The notes: generated from the sequence alone by a model not told the origin. Shown: positions 12,701 to 24,239, counted from the first letter of the stretch. The stretch: DNA of 60,968 nucleotides from Catajapyx aquilonaris (GCA_000934665.2 KZ538572.1:1-60968); one strand, 5' to 3'. Made by a program: numbers and translations.

Positions 12701-15700
12701 GGATGAGATGTTCTCACGGACTATCATCTCCATCAAGGGAAAGGAGTTCGAGTGCAAGTGCGTGTCTGCCTTTTTAGGTGTCAAGCTTCGGTAGCTCACT
12801 CAGGCTTCTACTTCGCAGGGCCACAAGCGGAACTCTGGCGCATAGCGAGATTCCGGACATGGGCTTGGTGCGGGACGGCACACCCTGCGGCGACAGCCTG
12901 GTAAGTTTGCCAGGAACACTAATACTGTACCAACTAGGTCGGTATACACACAACACGGCAGGGGAACTTTTTTTCTGGAGTGCTGAGAGGGTGTTAGATC
13001 TGCCACCGTACAGTACACATGAATGTCAAGAATTTGTTTGTTTACTGCATTTACTGACTCATTGAAGTCACATCCAGGGCAAATAATGCTGCGGAATATT
13101 TATAGGGGAGAGCCAACAGACGCGTGACCCTGACATTTGTGTGGTGGGGATGGATATTTTAAAGCTCCAGTAAAAATACCTCGGTTATACTGTTGGTTTG
13201 GAGCACCTGGGGAAAAGGGATATCCTAATCTGGGTTTGTACTACAGTGCATACAGTGCAGACAGACATCGCCTTCTATTAACAGAGATGGCAAGCATTTG
13301 GACTTTTAGACATATCAACAGCATTAGCTGTCATTGTGTCTAATGAAAGTAGTCTCATCTTCAGTTCAGGCCCTTTTTCGTAATGAATTTCGACGAAACT
13401 GCGAAAGGCCGCTGATGACCTTTTGGTGACGGTCTGATTGCTATAGATGTGTTCGTTCCCGCTATATTCATCATTCCACCCGATGGACCTTTAAAAATTG
13501 TTGCTCACTGAGATTATGACATGATCCTAGCCTATAATTCCGATAATGCACTCGCACTCCATGCCACTGCAGCCTATGCCCAAACAATAATTTTCTGCTT
13601 TCTCACATAGATATGTATCAACCAAACCTGCGTGAGCATATTTCCGTACATGGACCCGGGTAAATGCCCATCCAACAATGTGGCCCTTGATTGCTCGGGT
13701 CACGGAATGTGCTCCAACATCAACACGTGCCACTGCGACGGGGGCTGGGGCTCGGGGGATTGCTCCGAGGTGACCAATACCAGCTTCCATCATCACGGCC
13801 TGCCTGGGGTCACTCCACTGCCGCCCACCCCCATCGACGAGCAGGAGGACAAGCCCACCGAATCGCCTTACCTCATCAATGCCACCAAGACTTCTTCCTC
13901 GGGTCAGTTTCATTGAAAGCAGTTCCTTCACTTGATATCACTTACTACTGTATTGTTATGAATTGTACATGGCAACATTGGCAGACTGACAATCCTTTTC
14001 GTCATTCACTAGTTCAAATCAATGGGCGATGGTACTTTGAGGTTGTTCCGAATATGCAACAGCAATACTTCGACGAGAGTGAGTTAAGCATTTCAAGGAG
14101 AGGGCTAACAAACAGTTTCAAGCACCGTCCAATTTACAGCACGTTCAGTTCCTTATGATAAACTTTGAAAGAAAGGATGCAGTTCTTCAGCAAGTTGCAA
14201 TATTAGCTATCATATCACATACCCATTTTAAGGAGCCGTTTCTTGCGAAACTACCAGCGGTCTATTGCTCAAAATTAGTCGATCTGACAATATCGAGAAA
14301 TACTTGAAATTATAAAAATACCGAACATATTTTAGATGACCTTGTGCTTTACATTTTTTCTGAAACGGGCTGATTTTCCAACAGGTTTGTTCCCATGAAT
14401 TACCAACAATTTTTCTAAGGAGAAAATAACTGGCAACATTTCTTAGTAAAACAGCCTCTGGAAACTGGGAATGTAATAAATCATTTTATGCAAATTTTAC
14501 ATGTCCAAACGAGCAACCAGTTACAAAAAAAGGAACTTCGAGTGTTTCAGTAAAGAGCCGGCATATTTTCTGCAGTGCCCTTTGGCAGAATCGAATTGTT
14601 TTCCCTCTGATGGTGCCAGAGGACTCGCATTGCTTACTTAGGGCACTTGAACATCGTTTCACTTATGACGCACCAACTTGCTGAAGGAGTGAACTTCCTC
14701 TTAATTCGACGATGCGGAACAACTGGTTTTTGTATACACCAAATAACGTTCGCCCCCTAACCTTAGCTAATGAGAATTGACAGCACTAAGCTAACACTTG
14801 ACTATACTTGACCACTGCAGTAGTTGCACAAGGTCGATAAAGAGAGAGCTAAATCCGACTAATCCAATCCCCCCCTACATAGTATGTTGGTGTTAGTTGC
14901 AGTGTTTCTCAGCAACTAATGTTGTGTTAAGCTATTAAGGTAGGAGGAAGTCGGAAGGCGGGCTGGACAGGAGAGAGTGAATTTCCCCTTACAGTTCGCA
15001 ACGCAGACCATCTCAGCACGCTGTCCATGGTTTTTATCCTGGTGGGGGTGGTCAAGGGCGTCTTCATATGTTTCGCGCTCATGGCCGTGTGCTACAGGTA
15101 CCCTCGCTGCCCCCACCTTTTCTCTCTTTATACTTGCCTCCTTTTATTCTCTTTCTCTCGTCTCGCTCTCTTTCTCTGTACGTGGTGCCGCTGTTGGTGG
15201 TGCTGATGGCCGGTGGGGCTGGTGCTCACGACTGATGACTGACTGACTGGTTGACTGACTGACATGTCGCTAGCTGTGTTATTCCCCCTTTCTTGTTGCC
15301 CTCCCCCACCAAAGAGAGGGGGGTGGGGCCCTTACGCTCGTTCTGTCTTTCTTGTTCTTCCCCTTCCATCTTTCTCACAAATCTTACCACGCCATGGTTG
15401 GGACCATATGCCGCCCTCGCTTGAGCATGGGGATCACTGTACCAAATGAGAAGTGTATGCCCCCAACGAAAACGCTAGCCAAGTCATTCTTGAGTTAATC
15501 TTGTGTACAGTACAGTACGACATTTTCTTTCTTTATTGGGGGGCAGAAACTTCCTCGTTGAACCTAACAGTTATGCTCTACTACAAATAGACAAACTAAT
15601 AATAACCTGCATGGGCTAGATCCGGTGCTCATGAGAGGTGCGATGTGTTTGTTATACGAGTACACCTATAGAGTAGCGAAGTGTACAGTACAGTACATGG

Positions 15701-18700
15701 CATAGTCATTCATGTCAAAGGGTGTCCCGGCATGGCTTGGTGGATTGTGGAGAGGGATGAGTTCATCCCAGTGTGTGTACCGTACAGTGCCATACAACGA
15801 ACTGTCTTGAGAGCGCCAGACATGGGGAAAGAGAGTTTTTCTCCATGAAAAGAATCAGCAGCCCGCCTTCCCGCACTCCCCTCCAGACACCTGATGATAC
15901 CCAGCCTCAAACCTAACTAGTCACGTGTGTGTGTGGTGTGTGTCTCTCTCTTTCTCTTTTGGAATCGTCTGGCTGTGGATCACTCGGAATGACGATGCAG
16001 TGAGGCAACTAGGATCCAACCGCGTCTTGTTGGTGGTGGTGCTCGTTTCCGTGGTTGCGGGGGTGTTCATAGTGTTTGCTCTCATGGCGCTCTGCTACAG
16101 GTCAGTTGGGCCGTCGACCCGCCTCCTCTTCTACCCCGTCCTATACCTCTGGCATGATGAATCTATCTGGTCTCTCTTTTCTCTTTGGGCCTACTGCCTC
16201 TGTCCGGGCCAGCACGTGTGTTGCTTCTACTGCCACCCTGCATGGACACCTACTCGTTCACGTGACAGACGCTACTAGCTGTGTGCTACATGTCACCTTT
16301 TTTTTAACGTAATTGTAGCGTGTTCAAAACTAATGGGTTTTTGGTCGGCGGCATTTTTATCATGGGATTCCCTAACGGAAAAATGTGTCAGAGGCGTACA
16401 AAATATCGTTACATTACTCCGCTCACTAACTATCTTATACTGCATTGCAACTTAGCATATCTCACTACTGTACCGTACTTTATTACTATAGAGTGTTGAG
16501 TAGCACTGTACTTTAGTGTAACTGTACTTGCAGTTAGTTCTAATAATACAGCTTGCATGCAGGTGTATCTATCAATGCAGTCAAGTTAAGCCTTAGGATG
16601 CAAACAATGCCGCCTATTTAAAAGTCTATTTTTTGGATCTCTAAGAATATAATTATATTTAATCAGGGCAACCCTTCTCCAACTGTTCTGCACTGTTTTC
16701 AAAGTACATCACATCAAACTCTTGAGCAGTACAATTTCGTAGATGTAAATAGTAGCCTAGATTTGAATGGCAAGGTAGGCGTGATGGGCGGAGTATATAC
16801 TGTAGAGTAGAGTAGAGTTGGAGAGTGGTTGTGTGGGTTAAGGAAACAATTTTAAACAAACAGTGTGAGTTCGTGGGTCAGACTTTGACTTGTGGCCTAG
16901 GAGGAGTACCGTGCCAAAATACGAGCCGCCATTTGGGAAGAAACCCCTGAGCAAGAAGAAGGTCCCCATGGGATCGGCAGAAGAAGCGGCCGCGGCTCTA
17001 GAAGGTGCCAACCGCATCATCACTTTTGGCTCCATGCCGTCCTACAGGTATAGTCAGAGGTAAGTTCTCGGCCGCCGCTTTCTCCACCCTGCTTGCCACA
17101 CTGTACTCACTGTAATCATCTCATAGAGAGCATAAGCTGCAACAGTTGAAGAGGATGGGGGGGATGAGCGGAATGGGCAGCATCGGCGGAGGTGCAGGGT
17201 CTGCAAGCGAAGAAGAAGCGGTGCAGTCGGGGGAGGAGGAGAGCGTGTCCTTCATCGACCTAGCCCCTAACAATCTGTCCAAGCTCCCAGAGAAGGGCAT
17301 CCTGAAGAAGCCGCCATTCTTCGAGTCCCGCGACGACGCTGCCGACGCTCTCTCGCAGTCCGACAACAACCTGGAGGATGGCATGATGGGCGGTGCTGGA
17401 GGGGCCGGCGGCGGAGGAAGTGCTCTTAGCGAAGTGGAGCGAACACTCAAGAGCCTCAATGGCTATCACGAGGACATCCTCGAGGCCCTCCGATCCGCCG
17501 CATCCCATCGTGGGGCAGCAGGTCTTGGAGGTATAATCGCACTCACACTCTTCAACACATATCTGAGCACTCATGTCATGTTCAATTCCAGGCGCTGCTG
17601 GAGTGGCGGCTCTTACCGAAGAGCTGCGAAAGTCCCTCTCGGACGGTTACCCGGAGTATTCTTCGGAGTTTCCACTTCTGGGCAGCCAGGAAAAGCTCGG
17701 AGGGGGAAGCGGCGCTGGAGGGATGCGGTCGTCGATGGGCCTCGGTGGCAGCGGGATTTTTGGAGGCAGCAGCAGCGGCGCGGGTATGGGAAGCCTGGCA
17801 GGTTTAGGAGGAGGTCTTGCAGGGTTAGGGGGCGGTGGAAGCGGAGGTGGGGACTCAGCTGAAGAAGATTCGATGCCCCCCTGCGGTCCCATCCGGATCA
17901 GAAACCTGGAGGACCTCATCAGGCAGCTTGAACATCACTCTGGAAGGCACATGAGCCCTTCTGGGTCCGAAGATATCCGGATGTCAGAGACGGAAGCGGA
18001 TCGACATTACCGCTTAGATTCTTCGTCCGCACAGGGGTAAGTTTTTGGGTTCGTTGCGCCAAAAGGAGCTAGCAGTTCACGACACGAACATGCAGATTCC
18101 ACAGAGACGAAGAACCGGCGAGGTTTGTGTACGGAAGGTACAGACATCCACCAGCGGCAGGGGCGCCCGGGGGAGGGGGAGGAGGGCCGGGGGGAGGAGG
18201 GGGTCCGGATGATTTGTCCAAGAGGCTGGGAGGGACAGCTTCGGGGACGTCGTCGGCTTCCTCGTATCACACCCACCACCATCCTCAGAGTCACGCCCAT
18301 TCCCATCACCACCACCACCATGAAGCCATCTACGCAACAGCTGCTGATCCTGACCGAGACAGAGACACTGCTGATTCTGAGAGGTAGGCAACTTTCTGAT
18401 GCCCTTCTCTTTTGCTCTTGCTCTCTCTCTTTCTTCCCACTCCCTCTATATGCCTGTCGCCTCTATAGAGTTAAATATAGTTAGTTACAAAGAAAAAAAA
18501 AACAGAGGCCGATCTCTCCGACCCAACTTATCTCGCCCCCAACTATTCAGTAATGCATTTGAGCCAGCTATTTGAAAAGAGTGTGAGAGAGGAAAAAAAA
18601 AAATCCAACTCGGAGGTTCACTGCAGAAAGTCATTTGTGTGGTGCAAATTGCATATTATGAAGTAATGAGTTATTGGAGAGTAATGAAGTCAAGGCGTAT

Positions 18701-19353
18701 AACAGTGAGCCTTTCGTGTGCAGCGGCTCATGCAGTAGTAAGACCCGCTTTGAGCGAATGGCCACATTGTGTGCCCCCAAGTGCCTCGACCACACAGGCA
18801 CTTGTTTGTTGCAAAGTAGTTAGACAGAACAATAGTTGGGGGTGGGGGGAGAGGGGGAGAGTTTCGGCCCGTGGTCCTCCCGTTGCCTAGCGACGAGTTC
18901 GCGCAGGCGCAGCACATGGTCCGCTCGGCCAGCGAGGAGGCACTTCCGGTGACGCTCAAGCGGGACCCTCGGGGCGGCGTCGGCAGCAGCGGCCTCGGTT
19001 CCCCAGCAGGCGTCGGCAGCGGTAGTGGCGGCCATGGCGGCGTCTCTCCTTCGGGGCTCCTTTTCCCTTCCCCGCCCTCGGAGGACTCGTACCCAGAGAC
19101 AGGCCCCTGCGCAGCAACAGCACCTCCACAACCACCACCATCACAGCCCGGCGCCCCTTCAGGCCTTGGTGGTGCCATCGCAGCAGCAGCCGCCGCAGCA
19201 GCAGCAGCAGCTTCCGCAGCCGCTTCAGCAGTTGCTGCAGCAGGCATCGGCTCCAATAACAACCATAGCTCGACCGGCGAGGACTCGCAAGACGCCGAGG
19301 AGGCGCTGCTACACTCTATCCCGACGCAAAGATATCCCGAGTACAAGCACTGA
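3787..19353 (+). CDS. mmd: ADAM family disintegrin/metalloprotease-like protein, mind-meld/UNC-71 type (non-catalytic), 5' partial, about 1400 codons in window
   Basis: Frame-consistent GT-AG exons: 3787-3837, 3911-4059, 5211-5264, 6820-6899, 7758-8223, 9228-9302, 10792-11304, 12168-12757, 12819-12900, 13611-13902, [14995-15097 or 16001-16100], 16901-17047, 17127-17530, 17592-18036, 18096-18383, 18891-19353. Prodomain (HCYYHG), furin site [10 protein letters not shown], reprolysin domain with [12 protein letters not shown], disintegrin ([18 protein letters not shown] loop), Cys-rich and EGF domains, TM, long tail ending YPEYKH. Confidence 0.93.
4668..4738. repeat. Imperfect (CT)n microsatellite in ADAM intron
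   Basis: Visible ctctctct/tctctttctc run. Confidence 0.8.
4769..5096. mobile_element. Probable degenerate MITE
   Basis: Inverted termini GAGGGTACGCTCGAACA (4769-4785) and TGTTCGAGCTTACCCCC (5080-5096). Confidence 0.45.
6352..6400. repeat. Interrupted (CAG)n trinucleotide repeat
   Basis: gcagcagcagcagcagcag...ccagcagcag. Confidence 0.75.
8261..8572. mobile_element. Degenerate foldback MITE in ADAM intron
   Basis: Imperfect inverted termini cattgcggtcatttccacggcgcc / ggcgcggtgaaaatgtgaccacattg, plus internal inverted arms gctgttgattatc / gataatcagcagc. Confidence 0.55.
14995..15097 (+). CDS. mmd: ADAM alternative transmembrane exon A ([35 protein letters not shown])
   Basis: ttacag acceptor, AG/gtaccc donor, 103 nt, phase 1 to 2, matching the flanking exons; paralogous to exon B. 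Confidence 0.88.
16001..16100 (+). CDS. mmd: ADAM alternative transmembrane exon B ([34 protein letters not shown])
   Basis: tgcag acceptor, AG/gtcagt donor, 100 nt, phase 1 to 2; shares GVFIxFALMAxCYR with exon A. Confidence 0.88.
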
Positions 19354-21379
19354 CCCACCTCCACACTCGCACCACCGACGCCTCCGACGCCTCACCTTGC
19401 CCCTACCACCTTTACCTCCGCCACTGCCAACCCCGTTCCCGCCTTCCCCGCTCGACACCTGATGATGAGCAGCATTCTACTCATTCATTATTTCACTCAA
19501 AGTCAAAATGTTCTCTATTATTCTACCAAGTGGCAGAAGGATGCGGAGTCCAACTTATTCCAGAAGGTGCCTCGGAAATGGGGACTGATCCAATACTTTT
19601 TTGCTAATTTAGCGGAACAGGCTACGTGACAATCAGGAAGGAGTAACTTCTTTTTTTATTTTGTATTCTGGGGGCAAGGGGGATGCGGGGAGCTGGTCTC
19701 GAAATATTCATGATTTATTTAAAAATATCTTGTTATTTGCACGTTGCATTCGTCCCCATTTTAAGTCGCCCTCTGAAAAGTCTGACTCCGAGCACCTCAT
19801 AGACAAGACTAGGACCCCCCTCTCTGAATGAATTGGTATCAACTCCACGTGAGGTTCTATAGTTGTATGTTTTTTTACACTAGTATTCCTGTATGGGGAA
19901 AAAGGTTTAAAGAGCGTCAAATATTTGTCACCCTTTTGATTGTCACAACGAAACGAAAAGAACAGATGGACAAAAAAAATAGAGATACGAAGCATCGAAA
20001 ATATTGAAGAGACGGTTTACATAATGAATGAGAATAATATTGTGGATTTAGAATTTTATAGAACATTTTTACCAGGGCTAAAAGCTCCTCTCATCCATCC
20101 TACTATATAGTATACCGGTACTCGTTGACTCACCCACGTGGCTGTTAGAAATACTTCAAAGCTCACCATTTTGTCACCAGGAAGTGTCCCTTTTACCCTA
20201 ACTCGGCATATTTTATACTCGTGGGCACACCCAGTGACTTTTAACTGCAAAAAATGTAGCTACCTCACACCAATACGTAAACGTGCATTAAGAGCAAAAG
20301 ATGTGTGTGTGGATCTTTGAAGCCCCAAAAAATAATAGGTTGCCATGCAAAGTGTGGCCTACAACACTAATCCCGAGTTAGGAACCTGGCCCTTCATTTC
20401 GCACGAGGCGCTTTTCTGTCTTCAGTCATAAATGCCAAAAATCATGCTCAACACTGCCTCCAGAAATGAATCGCCATTTTGAGTTGGGTGAGCTGTTGAC
20501 AAGATGGCGACCCCTTTGGAAGGCTCATGGCAGCCACCCAGATGGTGATGGGGAAAAAAAAGTGTAGCGTTTCTTCAAAAAAAGAACAATGCTGTTTAGT
20601 GGCAACGGAAGGAGCCGCTGAGACAAAGGTTGACAAATTCAGAGACCAGGACGTGTGAGTGTTTCTTTTCTGCACATCTGGAGAGGAGACAATCTTTATA
20701 GACGAGTCGAGCGGACGTTTCTTGATAGCGTGTGACAAGGAGATTTCAATTGGGGCCCTGTTCAGTATAATAGGTCATTTCGTAATAATACTAGAAATGT
20801 AGTTGGAGGGCAGCAGAGAAGGGTTGTTACTTGTTTCGCAAGAAAGACATAAAAAAAGAAGAAGAAAAGAGAACCCCCCTTTCTCTTACTCCCTGTGCGT
20901 AGGATGGATCCTGAAGTCGAGCATAAATGCGCCCTAGCCAAAAAAAAATACCACCCATTTATACCCTTCTTTACTCCTTGTTCCGCGCCTCCCATCCCTC
21001 TCGAAACGAGAGAAAAAAAAATACCTTCAGTCCTAACCGAAAACAGTACTTATTACGATCCCGGACTGTGTCGTTTGTTGTTGTTTGTTGACTCGTAGAG
21101 GACTTTTTGAGGGCCGGCGAGCCTTGGTAATGGGCCCGTGGACTTTGCTCAACGCCCTGAGGTTGGTCCTCTTCCTTTGTTCCCCAAAACTCCCAAAAAT
21201 ACTCCCCTTTCCACACACCCGTAATTTCCCTTAACTCCCAGAAATTACGTCACCGAAAAAAATGAGAGAAATAAACCAAAAAAAATATAGTCGAACAGGA
21301 GAAAATGAACAACTGACTAAGGCTCCCGGATCAGCCGGCGGCCACCACAATCAGTGTGTTTTTATCCCGTTCGTTTTTT

Positions 21380-21385
21380 AATAAA
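21380..21385 (+). terminator. Candidate polyadenylation signal of the ADAM gene (about 2 kb 3' UTR)
   Basis: AATAAA followed by U/GU-rich sequence; another AATAAA near 21270. Confidence 0.4.
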
Positions 21386-24239
21386 CTGAAAAGACGAGTT
21401 CTGAATCTTGTTGATCCTACATGTCTGACCTTTCCCAACTCATGCGTTTCTGTTCCATTTTTTATGACTGTAAGGAGTGCATAAATGTGCCAGTTGGAAG
21501 AGCTCCAAATCCAATACCAGCGATATTGCGGTTTTCAGAGCAGCACCTTGGCGGTTCCTGCGCCTTTACCTCTGCAGAGTACCAAATCAATTTTGATGGG
21601 AAAAAATTGTGTTACTGTGAAGTAATGCATGGAGAAAGCCTGGAAGAACGATTCAAAGTGGGACGCACTATGCAACTGGAAGCGGCCAGCCTTTTGTTAC
21701 AGAAATGTTGCTGAAAATTTTCACCAGACTTATGAGAACACCATTGTGCAGGTAAGATCTACATTTTACACTATAGCTGTATATTGTTTAAAAAAAATGA
21801 ATACTGTACTTTTGAATGCCTCGCGCATTCAGTACACACCCTTGTAACGGCAGCCTATATGTTTTTGCAGATGTTTCCAGTAAAATTTGCTATCTACATT
21901 AAACATTGTAACAATTCAGAGGTTGAGAAACACAGGCTCTCACTTCAATATCATCGTCCGTATAATTCTACACAGTGCGATAACAGTTTAGCCAGAGAGT
22001 CCTTCAACCTGTCAGGAACTTTCCCCATATTAGCTTTAATCAGTTAATAATAATCTAAAAATCTCTAGAAGTGGATTACTTACGGACAAGATCACAAACA
22101 CAATTATCAATAGAGGTCATGCGTATAGGGAAATTCCTTCACAGTAATATCTGTCGCAAAGCAATAATAATGCATGTACCCGACACAATAATCGGCGTAC
22201 CGGGGGTATATATTGTGTAATACAGACTACAGAGAGGAGGGTACGGTACGGTACCTCTCTTCAGGATGCAATACCGTATGAAAATGGACGCCATTTTCCC
22301 CATAGCAACTACTGTACATTGGAGAGTGATAAAACTTCAGTGAAATATAAGCATGTTGGCTGATGTTGCATCGGAGCCTTGCAGACTGTTGAGCAGAGAT
22401 GGGCAGTATATTATGTACAAGTATAGCCTACATATATTGTACAGGCCTATAATTTACACGTTTTGCCGTGTATATGTATATTGTATATAAAACATAATAT
22501 AGGCTACATGTGTGCCCATCTTTTGAGGCTCGTTTTAACCACATGCGTTGCAGCATTCCTTTGACTATTGCATTTTGTCGAAACTCGTCTCTAATTGAGA
22601 CAGCTGCATATATCATGCACTCGTTTCAAACAGCCAAACACGCATATCTAAAGGTCAGTGACTCGGGATACTGTAGGTTAAAAATAATCACTGAAAGAAA
22701 ACTTTCACAAGGACCTTAGTCGAGCAGGTGCATGTCCAAGTCATTTGTACGATTCGTATATTGACTGTCACAGAATAACGCTACGTCCAAATTCAGTAAT
22801 GGAGTACTATTTTTAAGAAACTTGCATCTCTACACTTCACTGTACACGCTGAAAGACCTTTAGGAAGGGCATGGAATCAGTTACTATTCATCTGGTGATA
22901 TATGACCTTTCTCCGCCTTTCTCTCGAGTGCTCCTCAACTACTATGACCTATACCAGTAGCGATAGGGTATACCCAACATTTGCATTGTACTTCGGGAGA
23001 TAACCTTGTGCAAAAAATACTTGAGTTCCACTGCTCAGGATGTCACCACTGTTTGTAGCAGCTGATGTCACTCGTCGGACAGGATAGACAGCCTGGCAGT
23101 ATGTAGGCTATTTTTGTGCTTTCTTGTTGTTACATAACAACACAGGTTGGTTCACTGCACAAGTCTCCAGTTCAAGGGATATGTGATGAATTTGTTTATT
23201 CCAATAACTAGTTTAAAGAAAAACAATAATTACAATCTGTTAATGTTACTTCCTGACGATTGCTTATCTTCGAACTGACTGCTGGGGTAAACCATCTATA
23301 ACTACTGCGCCTCGTCTACCACCCCATTTTTAGAGGTGTTTTCAAAGATTGCCGTAAAAGTCTGTCTGCACGTTACCATGGTAACTTATTTTAATTCCTT
23401 TTATGATTTGCTAAAACCATTAGTCACCATGCTGACAACTTTCGCCCTTCCCGCAACGTTGGTAAAGACAGACCGTTCAGTCTACAAGTATGTAAACAGG
23501 TCCTATAATCTTCACTTGTCCTTATGGGGCCATCTACACAGCTATAGCAGCACCAAGTAAACAGCACCCGGTTTAGGTATAAGGTCCATTTTTGGGCTGC
23601 GAAGATGCAGAATTGCCAACTAACTGAATCCGATTGTATGTCAACCACTAATTAACCGTATTGGTAATTTCCGGTTCTCTTGTCTTGTGTTTCGAGCCAA
23701 CATAAATTTTCCACGTTTACAATCAGCTGATCCTTGTGTCCTTGGATTGACATTGCTTGCATATACATATACATGTAGCAACCAAATATGGTGCGCAGTT
23801 TACTCGGTGATTATAGGTTCGATTTCACCATTACAGTTTGCTTTTGTTACAAATTTCACGGGTCATTGAGTACAGGCCTGCCTGTTTTTAAATTAAATAA
23901 TTTAGGGAGTCTCATTAAGTAGTAGCGAACATTACATTCGCATCCACTGTTATAATAATGATAAACACATACAAAAAAAAAATCGCATTCATACATTGTT
24001 TCTCTTATTGCTCTCAAATTTCTGCGAAAACAATCCACGAAACTTGTGAAACTATGTCAAACGGACAGAATGAGATCATCGTAATTTACTGCCCCGAATG
24101 AACACCATCTTCTGGCATCCACACCAAGCCGCATCACAGATCCTTAAAAGCACCATGCCCGCCCCTGGCGTGCAGATTGCGAAAATATTTGCGCACTTGC
24201 CCCCCTACATTGCTGTTCAGGTCACATCGAATCAGCTGG

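Noticed and set aside
15388..16792. Possible pairing of cacgcc/ccgccc (about 15388-15417) with ggcgtg/gggcgg (about 16778-16791)
   Set aside because: The two short helices are not collinear in antiparallel order; likely chance
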